Shown here: positions 1-11,572 of the stretch, piece by piece
Position numbering within the stretch: position 1 is the first letter of the stretch
How the letters are laid out: every line of letters starts with the position of its first letter
From: Antedon mediterranea
Taxonomy: Eukaryota; Animalia; Echinodermata
Assembly: GCF_964355755.1 (NCBI RefSeq)
Contig: NC_092670.1
Span: forward strand, 8,050,201-8,114,200
Reading direction: 5' to 3'
DNA length: 64,000 nt
Made by a program: the position numbers and the translations under genes
Notes under the pieces: generated by a model
The model's input: only the letters and a program-made list of their open reading frames with translations
What the model was told of the DNA's origin: nothing
The model's database searches: none

Positions 1-480
1 CATCGATAGTTTTCCATCTTTATAATTCTATGGAAGTATTTCATACGAAGAGCGTTATGAATCTCGTTAATTGGAGACCAACCAAGCTCTCCATATAAGG
101 CGGCACAAGGTGTATTTCGAGGTGCTTTTAAGATATAACGCGCCATTTGGAGCTGGAGACGCTCAAGTTTATCTATATCTATTCTACTTAAAGAGCACCA
201 TACTGAACAACCATAGTTGATAGATGGGAGAACTATCGATCTCCACAGAGTATTCCCATAATATACTCTGTTAAAGTTATCAAAGCTACTGATAATTGAT
301 TTAACGTACGCTATTAGTCTTTGACCTTTTTTTATAACATTCTCAATTTGTATATGGTCATTTAATTTACGAGAAATATGTACACCGAGATATTTATATG
401 ATTCAGTTTCAGATATAAAGCCATTACCTAATTTCCATTGTCTTACTTTATCAACACGTTTACCAGTTATCAGTATATAA

Positions 481-2195
481 ACAACACTTCTTCGTTATTT
501 AAGAGAATCCGTTGACAGCATTAGAACATCATCACCGTCAGCGGCGATTCTCATTAGCGGTGATTTTAACGAAGCCCGCGCGAAAGTTAAACAATTTTGC
601 TCGTCAACTGGTCTTCGACAAGTTGTCAAAACTTCAACTAGGGACAACAGTGGTAATATTCTGGACTTGCTTATAACTAACTGTTATCAACATTACGAAG
701 AACCGGTTGTTCATGCACCCTTTGGTCGTAGTGACCATAATTCGATTTTATGGAAACCAAAACCTGGATTCGTCTGCATTAAGGGCCGCAATGTTATTAA
801 GTCTTTCCGGCCTTTTAGCGAATCTGCTTGCAATAGATTTGGTCAATGGATAACATCACAAGATTGGCATGAAATACTGGAAACCGATGACCTTGATGAA
901 AAAGTAAATATTTTCGAATCAACATTATGTCTGGCATACGAACGTTGTTTTCCAAAGCGCAGAATTAAAGTTCATTCAAATGACAAACCATGGATCACAC
1001 CAAAAATAAAAGGACTTTGTAAGGAGAGACAAATTAGCTTTCATAAATATGGAAAAATGTCCCGCCATTTCCGTACACTTAGAAACTAAGAAAGTAATTT
1101 GGGAAATCAAACAAGCAAAGATTAAATACTACAAATACGAAGTTAACAATCTGCAAAACACTAACGCAAAGCAGTGGTTCCAAAAAGTTAACCAAATATG
1201 CGGTACGAATAAAAAGAAATCGGTGTTGAATCTAGAAACTGAAGAAACCGATCCGCTTAAAATTTGCGAACTAATAAATAACTACCTAGCGAATATATGC
1301 CAGAAGATTGAACCCCTACAAACTAATAGTCTACCATCATACCTTCCTTGTGGCTATGCACCGACACTCAACTTCTGGCAGGTGTATCATCAGCTTCAGA
1401 AAATAAACTGCAACAAATCAGTTGCCCCGGGTGATCTACCGCCTTGCGTCATCAAAGAATTCGCATTTGAAATTGCATCACCGTTAGTTGACATCTACAA
1501 CGCATCACTCTCGCAAGGCATAGTCCCGCGCAAGTGGAAAGAGGCGACCATAACCCCACTTCCTAAAGTGAAAGGACCGGTTAACTTAAATCAAATCAGA
1601 CCCATATCCATTACACCAATTTTTGAACGCATGCTAGAACACTTTGTCTCGTCATGGATAAAACCCAAGATCGCGCCTAAATTAGACGAAATGCAATTTG
1701 GAAATCGCACAGGAGCGTCTACAAGTCACTATCTTACTAGCATGTTACACTATTTACTTCAAGGCCTTGATAAACCTGGACACGAAGCAACGGTTATTGC
1801 AGTTGATTTTCGTAAAGCGTTTGACCTAATTGATCATACAATCGCTGTCAAGAAGTTAATTGATATTGGAGTTCAACCTGAATTGATGCCGTGGATTTGT
1901 GATTTTCTGAGCGAACGTAAACAGAGAGTGAAACTCAATGGCGGTTTTTCAAACTGGCAAGGAATAACTTGCGGAGTTCCTCAGGGGACGAAACTGGGTC
2001 CCTTAATTTTCCAAGTAATGGTTAACAATTCGCTTAGAGACTTCCCAAATCGGTGGAAGTATGTAGATGATTTGTCAATATGTGAAGTTCACAACAAGAA
2101 AACCCCGCCTAATGTTCAAGATCAATTAAACGAACTATCACAATGGACCAAAGACAATAATATGATAATTAATATTGAAAAAACTAACTTTATCA
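481..2195 (+). pseudogene. LINE (CR1/L2-group) ORF2 fragment: C-terminal part of APE endonuclease plus reverse transcriptase; one frameshift, truncated at both ends
   Basis: From 481 the frame reads ...ILISGDFN...TRDNSGNILDLLITN...SDH (APE motifs). After a frameshift near 1088, ORF 1049-2224 has RPISIT, QFG, DFRKAFD, GVPQGTKLGP and YVDD. Homology stops near 2195, where hAT-family internal sequence begins. Confidence 0.92.
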
Positions 2196-2226
2196 AACAT
2201 TTCTTAGCTCAGTCACAACCCTGATA

Positions 2227-3165
2227 GTAGTCTGGGCTCCAGACGGAGTTTTGTAAAAATATAAATATTTTTGCACATATGGCGTTTCATACGTGTATTA
2301 CTTGAGTTTGGCTACTCCGTCTGGGGAAACACGCATAAGTCACGTGGTTTGACACCAAGAATTCTTGGTGCATAAATTATCGGACCAGTTGACTAGTTTC
2401 AGCCGCATGCCATTGGCTACTCACTCGTACGTCGTTTTAATATTCATATTTCAGAATTTCAAAGACTCAACGTCTAAGACGATGCGCATGCGCTATGTTA
2501 CGTTTAGACAATGTGTACTTGGGGTACATTGATGAAAGTTTCTGAAGGCTAAAAATGATTTTATATGCCTAGTAGTCTGGTAAACATTTGATGAGATTTT
2601 TCCCAAGAACATGAAAACTCGTCGTGATATGATAGGCTAGCTTCTCCGCCAAATCAAACATTGAATGGATCATTTATTATGCGGAGAAAATTTGATTTAA
2701 TTCCCACCCAGACCCTGTCCTGTTCTGTGTAGTGGTGTAGCCCTGTTGGGTGGTATGTACCTTATTGGCGTTTTATTTGGAAGTACGTACGAGTTGAGTA
2801 GCCCTACGAACCCGCCTACGATCGAAGGAGGCCTAGGCCAGAACAATTAATAAACAAAACAACTTGGCAACACGATTTTATATTTCAACAGTTGTTCGGT
2901 CTCGATCGTACATTCAGCACACTGTACGTACGTACTCGATCTTTTTCATTTTGAAACAAAATGATCATTGGTTGATTCGAAATCCATATTTACATACCGC
3001 CCGCCCCATATAGCCAAATACGGTATGATAACCTACGTCATTCTTATCGGATGTTTGCGGTTTGCAAATCGATTTCTATACGTGTTTCACAAGTCTGTAT
3101 TTTCAGACAAAAATCGCGGTCGAAATAAAAACAAATAAATAAAAAAAAAGACAATAAATACAGAC
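2227..3165. mobile_element. Unclassified ~0.94-kb insertion with hairpin-rich ends
   Basis: Absent from the homologous hAT copy at ~25815. It starts TAGTCTGGGCTCCAGAC (hairpin), has the inverted pair CCAGACGGAGT / ACTCCGTCTGG near 2240 and 2315, and ends ...CAGACT. Confidence 0.55.
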
Positions 3166-3478
3166 TTATATATTTTGTTTCATGTTTTGAAGTATAATAA
3201 GTCCAATTTCCGGGACCTCCAACTCTATTTTTCTAAATTTTTTTTGAACTTTTATTTTTTAAATTGAAAAATATGGATTGAAACAGTCATCGCGCATCGT
3301 TTTTTTGCACGCAGTATTTTATTTATGAATTATAAAAAATGGAAAAAATGGCTACCCTAAATCTGATTAAAATGACCTCAAATGACGCTAGAACGCGTTG
3401 CTTCCGGGGCCGTCGCTTCCCTGGACCCCCACCGGGGGCCCTTGGCGGCCCCCCTGGCCCCCAGCCTAGTGATGCTCG

Positions 3479-4703
3479 TGTGAGGGTGTAAATTGTACTC
3501 CTCCGCATAGAATAAATAGGACGGGACAATTTACATGTTAGTCCAGTTTTATGTCACTGGTTAATAAAAATAGATAAATAGTGTTACATAAATATTTATT
3601 ATCACGGTCTAATATGGCATTTTTAATGTATGGGTAGATAATGTGTTAAGCGGAATAATCCGCACCCATTACGCGTATTCGTCGGAGAATGGTAAGCTTG
3701 GGATGATACCTGATACATCCTCTCTCCTTCGGACGCTTGCATCGACTAGACGTGTATTTGCCTAGCCTGTTAAACAATTTAATTATTTCTTTTTGTTGAG
3801 AGCACATCGTTTGATCTTGATGTAATCTGTAAGTTTTAAATATTGTTTAATTTATAATATGTTTAGGTTAAATACAGTTTAACCCGGTTTAAGTTTGTTA
3901 AATTTACTTTTGTCTCTATATGCATTAGCACTCCACTGGTACGGCGACGGTTGCACTGGGTGTAACCTGTTGAGTGTTGTGTGCGGTATACGATCGTAAT
4001 TCTTAGCTTAGCGATGTTAGAAGATTGATCAAAATATCCCTTAAGGAATCTGAATTAAGGCTAAAACCTTTATTTACTTTGTTTATCATATGTTAGCCTA
4101 GTATGGAATATTATGTTTTACCGTGTTAATTGATAGTTATGTTAATTTAAGTCTGATAAAGTTCTATGACCTTGTGTTTAGTGGGTCGTTGATTATTCGA
4201 ACATGTGCGATGTTTATGGCTTTCAATCAGAGATCTGGTTGAGGGCAGCACATAATGTAAACAAATATGTCTGCGCCCACGAGACGATGTGCGATGCATA
4301 TCGCGACGATTTTAGATACTAGATTGCATGGCCTAGCTTTATTATATATTCCATTTTACAGTATATTATTGTGTTTCAATTAATAATACTATAATTGATG
4401 TTTTTAAACTTAAATGCTTATCTGTTGCTGTATAGTTGGTGGTCTTCATTTATTGAACAATGAGATGATTTATATTTTGTTTAGTTTTGAGATATGTTTT
4501 ATGATTTTGTTACACAGGTCTTGTTCCTGTTTACTGTTAGCGACGGCTGCAGTGTTGTGTTGGGTTTTAGCTTCTGTTTCTGTTATTAAACAATTGCGAT
4601 TAAACTGGAAACTGAATCAGGTCTATTCTATTATGTGTCAGTGATCATTAATTGCTCTCCCACAAGCTATTCAAACACCAACGGACACGATCCGAAGGTC
4701 ACA
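3479..4703 (+). repeat. 5' LTR
   Basis: Direct repeat of 10348-11572 at a constant offset of 6869; TG...CA termini. Confidence 0.97.
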
Positions 4704-4709
4704 TAATTT

Positions 4710-4722
4710 TGGTGCCGAAACC
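4710..4722 (+). promoter_or_regulatory. Primer-binding site complementary to the tRNA-Phe 3' end
   Basis: TGGTGCCGAAACC just after the 5' LTR is the reverse complement of GGTTTCGGCACCA, the 3' end of eukaryotic tRNA-Phe. Confidence 0.8.
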
Positions 4723-4744
4723 TGTTTTATAAATCCAATTTGTT

Positions 4745-4777
<33 letters not shown>

Positions 4778-4784
4778 TAACAGT

Positions 4785-6155
4785 ATGGCTAATAACCAAC
4801 ACAATGCTGCAGCGGATTCATCGCTGGATGCATCAATACCAGATCCGATTTCTACAAACACACCTATAATGCCGGAACTTAGTATCCAAGGACAACCGAG
4901 GCGACCACGACCAAGACTTCCCAGATCCAGTACACCAAGGAGTGGTGCAGTAAACAGCCCAGAGATGGCATCGGACGTCAGCGTAGTTCAACCAGGGACA
5001 TCGCCGCTGCTGTTGGCTGGATTTGATCCACCACCTACAATGGATACTGTACCAAGAGTGATCTCATCCCATCAGATCAAGAGTGTTCCCACATTTACTG
5101 GGAGGGACAAGGATGGATTAAAGGTGGAAGACTGGGTTAGAGATATTAAGTATTTGTTAAGATCTAAAGGTTATTCTGCACCGCTTCCCCAATTCCATGA
5201 GATTGTAAGACACACTGGGGGTCGGGCCCGTGACCTTGTATTGAACTTGGAGAGTAGGGGTCCAGACCTAACGACACCTGATGCTGCTCTGAAAGAATTG
5301 GTCAGAGAGTACGGGGACTTAAACGTTACTGTGTCACCTATGGCAGCTTTTTATGCCCGTTTTCAGCAGTCCACGGAAACGCCACGGGACTATGCAATTG
5401 CGCTCGAAGCACTGTTACGCAGAGTATGTGGCCAACTCGAGTCACAACATTCTGAACTGATGGATCGAGATGGGGTTTTATGCACCCAGTTCATGTATGG
5501 CCTGCGAGATGTAGAGGTAAAGAATCGGCTGGCTCCGATGCGCCCAAGGCAGATGAAATTCGAAGCTTTAAGGGAAGAATTACGTATCATCTCCTATGAA
5601 TTGGCACAAGACCGTGATCGGTTTGGCGGGTCCCACCAAGCAAAGCTGTATTCACAGACGGTAACAAGACCCAAAGACCGTGGTACAAAGGCCGAAGCAA
5701 AATCAACGACACCAACCACGGATATCAGCCTCGAGATATTAGAGAGATTGAAGGCTTTAGAGGTACGTATCCATGGGATCGAGAACAAGGCAGAAGATTA
5801 TGGCAGACCTCGGGCACAACCCAGAAGGAATGCCTGCTTCAAATGCGGCAAAATTGGTCATTTTGCCAGAAACTGTTTTCAGACTAACAATCACCCCGCA
5901 TCAGTGTCACAGCAGCAACAACAGGCTTACTTTGAAAATCAGACACCTTTTCAGCCACAAAATCACCCTGTACAAATACCACAGCAGCCGCCACAACAAA
6001 TGTACTTTGAACACCAGATTCCATTCCAACCACAAGGCCCTCTTCAACAATTTGGCAGACCATGGTATCCCACTAGTCAACAGCTTCCAGTAAACCAACA
6101 AACAAGCCGACCTGAAACAGCTGCTGCCAGCCATAAGCCTTCTTTAAACGGGTAG
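4785..6155 (+). CDS. gag: Gag (PNMA-like capsid domain plus CCHC zinc knuckle)
   Basis: ATG at 4785 after a poly-A run; PTFTG...VEDW capsid-like motif; CFKCGKIGHFARNC knuckle; Q/P-rich tail. Confidence 0.93.
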   Translation: MANNQHNAAADSSLDASIPDPISTNTPIMPELSIQGQPRRPRPRLPRSSTPRSGAVNSPEMASDVSVVQPGTSPLLLAGFDPPPTMDTVPRVISSHQIKSVPTFTGRDKDGLKVEDWVRDIKYLLRSKGYSAPLPQFHEIVRHTGGRARDLVLNLESRGPDLTTPDAALKELVREYGDLNVTVSPMAAFYARFQQSTETPRDYAIALEALLRRVCGQLESQHSELMDRDGVLCTQFMYGLRDVEVKNRLAPMRPRQMKFEALREELRIISYELAQDRDRFGGSHQAKLYSQTVTRPKDRGTKAEAKSTTPTTDISLEILERLKALEVRIHGIENKAEDYGRPRAQPRRNACFKCGKIGHFARNCFQTNNHPASVSQQQQQAYFENQTPFQPQNHPVQIPQQPPQQMYFEHQIPFQPQGPLQQFGRPWYPTSQQLPVNQQTSRPETAAASHKPSLNG

Positions 6156-6183
6156 GACCTGCAGACGACGGGCTATCTGTTGG
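6143..6183 (+). promoter_or_regulatory. -1 programmed ribosomal frameshift signal
   Basis: T TTA AAC heptamer (6143-6149) in gag phase just before the gag stop. The -1 frame is open from there into pol. A possible stem follows (ACCTGCAGA / TCTGTTGGT). Confidence 0.8.
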
Positions 6184-6184
6184 T

Positions 6185-9100
6185 ATGAATTTTCACAAGT
6201 GCCCAAACAAATCGATAAAGGGATTAATCGGTCCAGTGAATGAAGCTATTGTATCCATATCTGGTCAAGTTTGTAATGCTCTTTTAGATACAGGTTCGCA
6301 AGTTACAACCATCACTGCAGATTTCGTCAATAATCATCCAACTTTAAAGATCCAGAAGCTACAGCCAGTTGCTGTGAACATTGAAGGGGCTGGGGGTCAG
6401 TTAGTACCCCACCATGGTGTTCTGCTCATCAACTTGGAAGTAATGGGAGTAAAGTTGGAGGCGGTTCCGGTACTGGTTGTACCATCAACGACATCTAGAG
6501 TAAAGATGCCCTGTCTCATTGGAACGAATGTGATACGACCAACACGTGACAAACTACATGGTCAGTATGGACGGTCATTTATGGAAATCGTTCGGGAGAA
6601 ATCTACTACATGGTTTGCAGCATACCAGTCTCTAAATGGTGATGGGATGGACCTTGCTGATGCAACTGGTGAAATAGGAGCGATTCATTATAGGGGACGC
6701 CCAATCACTTTTAAGCCTGGGGCCCAGCGAGATGTCGTTGGATATGCACCAACCCACACAGACGGCCGCACATTTTGTGGACTTGTTGAGGATGGTGACC
6801 CGCAGGAAAAGTTGAGGGTAGGCAGTTTACTGACAGAAGTCAAGGAGGGTAAAGTAACTGTGCGGATGTGTAACCTTTCTTCAACAACAGTGATGCTTAA
6901 TAAAGGTAATCTAATAGCTAACTTGTTGTATGCAACACCAGCCGAAGACTTAGCACATACAACTCGACTCGTTCTTTCCAGTGAAAACTCGGTGTTGGTA
7001 AACAAACAGGAATTAAAGCAAATACCTGATGTACATGTTCCAACTGGAGACTTGTCAGAAACAGAAATTAAGGCCCTCCACAATATCCTCTGTCAAAACT
7101 CTGATGTCTTCTCCATGGGTTCAGATGATTTTGGCCACACCACAACTCTTCAGCATGATATACCCCTCATCGATTCAACCCCATTCAGAATGCCATATCG
7201 CCGCATACCACCCTCAGACTTCAAGGAAGTAAGAGAACATATCCAAGGCCTAGAAAGTGCTGGTGTTATAAAGGGAAGCAAGAGCCCATTTGCCTCTCCT
7301 ATCGTCATTGTTAGAAAGAAGACTGGCCAGATCAGACTTTGCGTCGACTACCGAAAACTCAACTCAAGGACGGTTCGTGATGCGTATCCGCTTCCGAGGA
7401 TCGACGAATCTTTAGATGCATTGGGGAAAGCTCGTTATTTTTCAAGTTTGGACTTAATGTCTGGCTATCTGCAAGTGCAGATGGCCGAAGCTGACCAACC
7501 TAAGACGGCATTCACAACTCCACTGGGTTTATTCGAGTATACGAGGATGCCTTTCGGATTAACTAATGCCCCTGCTACCTTTCAACGCCTAATGACTGTA
7601 GTATTCGGAGATATGAACTTAACAGAGGTACTCATTTACCTGGACGATATTATCATATTTAGCTCAACTATAGAAGAACACCTTATGCGTTTAGAAAAAG
7701 TATTTTCTCGATTGCGAGAACATGGACTTAAATTACAACCAAATAAATGTCACCTACTTCAGCGAGAGGTCAAATATCTGGGACACAGGGTCTCCGAACA
7801 CGGCATCTCGACCGACCCAGAGAAAACTGAAGCAGTAAGAGAATGGCCGGTCCCTAAGTCCAAGAAAGATGTTAGAAGTTTTTTGGGATTCACAGGATAC
7901 TACCGGAGATTCATTCAAAACTATGCCAAGATAGCGAAACCTTTGTTTGAGATGGTCGGAGGTAAACACAAGCCTAAGGGTACAACCAAGCTGCCAGAGT
8001 TCAAATGGACTGACGAGTGTTCAGTATCATACAATACCTTGAAGCAGAAGATGTTAGCTACTCCTATTCTATCTTACCCAGATTTTACACTACCATTTGT
8101 TTTGCAGACCGACGCCTCCCTAGATGGCTTTGGAGCCATCCTGGCTCAAATCCAGGATGGGCAAGAGAAGGTAATCGCTTATGCAAGTAGAAGCCTCACC
8201 GCTGGTGAAAAGCATTATCCGGCACACAAACTGGAGTTTAGAGCGCTACATTGGGCTGCGACTGTGAAATTTAAAGATTACGTCTACGGACATAAGGTAT
8301 TGGCTCGCACCGATAATAACCCACTCACGTATGTCCTTAAATCAGCTAAGCTAGATGCACATGGTCAGCGCTGGGTTAACGATCTGGCAAGGTGTGATCT
8401 TGAGATCGAGTACCGACCGGGAAAGTCGAACGATAATGCAGATGGTCTATCTCGTATTACAAGGTTCGAAGTTCAAAAGGCTCTAGACAGCGCTACTGGC
8501 ATTATGGGTGCCCATCACGCCAACCCTGTTATATCTCACTACTCACAAATCCTACCAGAATTAGATACCGAAGAAATTATCCGTGCGCAACGGAATGATG
8601 AATCCATAGGAAGGGTATTGGAATTGTTCAGCTGTGGTGGAAAACCAAGTAGACGACAGGCTAACAAAGAAAGCAGAATGGTGCAGAAATTGTTAAGAAA
8701 ATGGGATCATTTTGCAGTTCAGGCGGGAGTCTTAGTTTTCCAACAGGTAGATGGCCAACGAAGGGTACTTTTGCCAAAACTTTACCGCAACAGAGTATTG
8801 AAGAGCGTCCACGACCAGATGGGTCATCTCGGATATGACCGCACTCTCTCCCTTCTAGAAGAACGATGTTTTTGGCCAAACTTGCGAAAAGAAGTACGAA
8901 CCTTTATTGACAGATGTAAAAGATGTACTTTACGTAAAACTCAGGACCCACAAGCCATAGCACCATTATCTGGAATTAAATCATCTCGACCATTGGAGTT
9001 AGTTTGTCTGGATTTCCTGAGTTTGGAAGCTTCGTCGGGTGGAATAGAAAATGTTCTTGTAATCACGGATCATTTTACTCGATACGCGCAAGCTTACCCA

Positions 9101-10093
9101 ACAAGGAACCAGACAGCTGTGACGGTGGCCCAGACCTTGTGGAGCAAATTTATCATACACTATGGGACACCGGAAAGGATACACAGCGACCAAGGGAAGT
9201 GTTTTGAGGCTGAGGTTATACAGGAACTGTGCAAACTCCTTAAAATAAAAAAAAGCCGAACCACACCTTATCACCCACAGGGGAATGGCATGACGGAGCG
9301 ATTCAACTCTACATTACTCAATATGTTGGGAACGCTTCAGCCTCACCAGAAACCTCGGTGGCGTGACTATGTAGAGACCATGACACACGCCTACAATTGC
9401 ACCACGCATTCATCAACTGGGTTCACTCCATTCTTTTTAATGTTTATGCGGAAACCGAGAGTGCCTTCAGACTTAGTATTTGAACTAGAGACAGATGGAG
9501 AGGAGCTCACTGACACAAATGAAGCGGATTTCGTCCATCGACTCAGAAACCAACTTCAAGAAGCTTACGACTTAGCAGCGACGCATGCAAATGCTGCAAG
9601 AAAGAAGCAGAAAAATGCGTACAACAAAAGGTCCCGTGGAGTTGATTTGAACGTTGGAGACTCTGTTTTAGTTGCTAACAAATCATTGCGTGGCCGTAAT
9701 AAACTGAGAGATAGATGGGAGGAAACACCATATACCATTATTCATCACATCCAAGGTCAGCCCACATTCACTGTGCGCCGAAATAATGATGGCAGAGAGC
9801 GAACTGTTCACCGTAACCTATTGACGCCATGTACCTTTGAAAATATTGATAGTGGTGGTAGTAGTTGCAACAGTGCACAAGAGTCTCCTTCAACTGATGA
9901 TGATGATCCAGAAGTTTACAGAACGGATGATCCAGACTTGATTCCTCCTCCTGCTGAATTTTGTACTCACTCCCCCACTACTAACATTACGGATAAGGAT
10001 GGGCACGGCAGTGATTACTTTGCCAAAAGAGTTAGACTCCCACCTAAACGGTTTGGAGAATGGGAAACTAATGCTGTTTTTTCTCGTAAATAA
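6185..10093 (+). CDS. pol: Pol polyprotein (protease, RT, RNase H, integrase), probably made as Gag-Pol by frameshift
   Basis: LLDTGS protease; RLCVDYRKLN, MPFGL and YLDD RT; TDAS RNase H; HDQMGH...CKRC zinc domain with DDE integrase; uninterrupted 1302 aa. Confidence 0.98.
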   Translation: MNFHKCPNKSIKGLIGPVNEAIVSISGQVCNALLDTGSQVTTITADFVNNHPTLKIQKLQPVAVNIEGAGGQLVPHHGVLLINLEVMGVKLEAVPVLVVPSTTSRVKMPCLIGTNVIRPTRDKLHGQYGRSFMEIVREKSTTWFAAYQSLNGDGMDLADATGEIGAIHYRGRPITFKPGAQRDVVGYAPTHTDGRTFCGLVEDGDPQEKLRVGSLLTEVKEGKVTVRMCNLSSTTVMLNKGNLIANLLYATPAEDLAHTTRLVLSSENSVLVNKQELKQIPDVHVPTGDLSETEIKALHNILCQNSDVFSMGSDDFGHTTTLQHDIPLIDSTPFRMPYRRIPPSDFKEVREHIQGLESAGVIKGSKSPFASPIVIVRKKTGQIRLCVDYRKLNSRTVRDAYPLPRIDESLDALGKARYFSSLDLMSGYLQVQMAEADQPKTAFTTPLGLFEYTRMPFGLTNAPATFQRLMTVVFGDMNLTEVLIYLDDIIIFSSTIEEHLMRLEKVFSRLREHGLKLQPNKCHLLQREVKYLGHRVSEHGISTDPEKTEAVREWPVPKSKKDVRSFLGFTGYYRRFIQNYAKIAKPLFEMVGGKHKPKGTTKLPEFKWTDECSVSYNTLKQKMLATPILSYPDFTLPFVLQTDASLDGFGAILAQIQDGQEKVIAYASRSLTAGEKHYPAHKLEFRALHWAATVKFKDYVYGHKVLARTDNNPLTYVLKSAKLDAHGQRWVNDLARCDLEIEYRPGKSNDNADGLSRITRFEVQKALDSATGIMGAHHANPVISHYSQILPELDTEEIIRAQRNDESIGRVLELFSCGGKPSRRQANKESRMVQKLLRKWDHFAVQAGVLVFQQVDGQRRVLLPKLYRNRVLKSVHDQMGHLGYDRTLSLLEERCFWPNLRKEVRTFIDRCKRCTLRKTQDPQAIAPLSGIKSSRPLELVCLDFLSLEASSGGIENVLVITDHFTRYAQAYPTRNQTAVTVAQTLWSKFIIHYGTPERIHSDQGKCFEAEVIQELCKLLKIKKSRTTPYHPQGNGMTERFNSTLLNMLGTLQPHQKPRWRDYVETMTHAYNCTTHSSTGFTPFFLMFMRKPRVPSDLVFELETDGEELTDTNEADFVHRLRNQLQEAYDLAATHANAARKKQKNAYNKRSRGVDLNVGDSVLVANKSLRGRNKLRDRWEETPYTIIHHIQGQPTFTVRRNNDGRERTVHRNLLTPCTFENIDSGGSSCNSAQESPSTDDDDPEVYRTDDPDLIPPPAEFCTHSPTTNITDKDGHGSDYFAKRVRLPPKRFGEWETNAVFSRK

Positions 10094-10347
10094 GAATATG
10101 TTTATAATTTTTTTATCTGATTATGTCGTTGGGACAACATCACTCTTAACCTGGGGTGGGTGTGAAGGTACATACCTGTATATGCAGACATTTTTTAAAA
10201 GTATTTACTGTAGATAGGTTACACGGCTTAATTTTTTTAACAATTTTATATCTTTCATTTTATATTTTTAATTTTATCTAATTATGTAACTATGGTATAT
10301 CATATGTAATGTTGTTAGGGACTAACAACGATTTAAGCTGTGGTGGA

Positions 10348-11572
10348 TGTGAGGGTGTAAATTGTACTCCTCCGCATAGAATAAATAGGACGGGACAATT
10401 TACATGTTAGTCCAGTTTTATGTCACTGGTTAATAAAAATAGATAAATAGTGTTACATAAATATTTATTATCACGGTCTAATATGGCATTTTTAATGTAT
10501 GGGTAGATAATGTGTTAAGCGGAATAATCCGCACCCATTACGCGTATTCGTCGGAGAATGGTAAGCTTGGGATGATACCTGATACATCCTCTCTCCTTCG
10601 GACGCTTGCATCGACTAGACGTGTATTTGCCTAGCCTGTTAAACAATTTAATTATTTCTTTTTGTTGAGAGCACATCGTTTGATCTTGATGTAATCTGTA
10701 AGTTTTAAATATTGTTTAATTTATAATATGTTTAGGTTAAATACAGTTTAACCCGGTTTAAGTTTGTTAAATTTACTTTTGTCTCTATATGCATTAGCAC
10801 TCCACTGGTACGGCGACGGTTGCACTGGGTGTAACCTGTTGAGTGTTGTGTGCGGTATACGATCGTAATTCTTAGCTTAGCGATGTTAGAAGATTGATCA
10901 AAATATCCCTTAAGGAATCTGAATTAAGGCTAAAACCTTTATTTACTTTGTTTATCATATGTTAGCCTAGTATGGAATATTATGTTTTACCGTGTTAATT
11001 GATAGTTATGTTAATTTAAGTCTGATAAAGTTCTATGACCTTGTGTTTAGTGGGTCGTTGATTATTCGAACATGTGCGATGTTTATGGCTTTCAATCAGA
11101 GATCTGGTTGAGGGCAGCACATAATGTAAACAAATATGTCTGCGCCCACGAGACGATGTGCGATGCATATCGCGACGATTTTAGATACTAGATTGCATGG
11201 CCTAGCTTTATTATATATTCCATTTTACAGTATATTATTGTGTTTCAATTAATAATACTATAATTGATGTTTTTAAACTTAAATGCTTATCTGTTGCTGT
11301 ATAGTTGGTGGTCTTCATTTATTGAACAATGAGATGATTTATATTTTGTTTAGTTTTGAGATATGTTTTATGATTTTGTTACACAGGTCTTGTTCCTGTT
11401 TACTGTTAGCGACGGCTGCAGTGTTGTGTTGGGTTTTAGCTTCTGTTTCTGTTATTAAACAATTGCGATTAAACTGGAAACTGAATCAGGTCTATTCTAT
11501 TATGTGTCAGTGATCATTAATTGCTCTCCCACAAGCTATTCAAACACCAACGGACACGATCCGAAGGTCACA
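10348..11572 (+). repeat. 3' LTR, preceded by a G-rich PPT-like tract
   Basis: Direct repeat of 3479-4703, preceded by AAGCTGTGGTGGA. Confidence 0.97.

Larger units (their letters stand above)
3479..11572 (+). mobile_element. Full-length Ty3/Gypsy LTR retrotransposon (8094 bp)
   Basis: Two 1225-bp LTRs with TGTGA...TCACA ends, 4-bp TSD CTCG (3475-3478 and 11573-11576), PBS, PPT, and intact gag and pol in PR-RT-RH-IN order. Confidence 0.98.

Noticed and set aside
1-245. Two outward-facing related ends (...CTATG at ~31 and CATAG... at ~212) suggesting P-type MITEs
   Set aside because: Partner ends and TSDs are outside the window or not found, so no element can be delimited.
4414-4644. Hydrophobic 76-aa ORF present twice (also 11283-11513), a possible env or membrane protein
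   Set aside because: It lies in the LTR, so duplication is trivial; T-rich composition explains the hydrophobicity.
4740-4784. Poly-Lys N-terminus of Gag
   Set aside because: Artefact of a TTG start plus the poly-A run; the likely start is ATG 4785.
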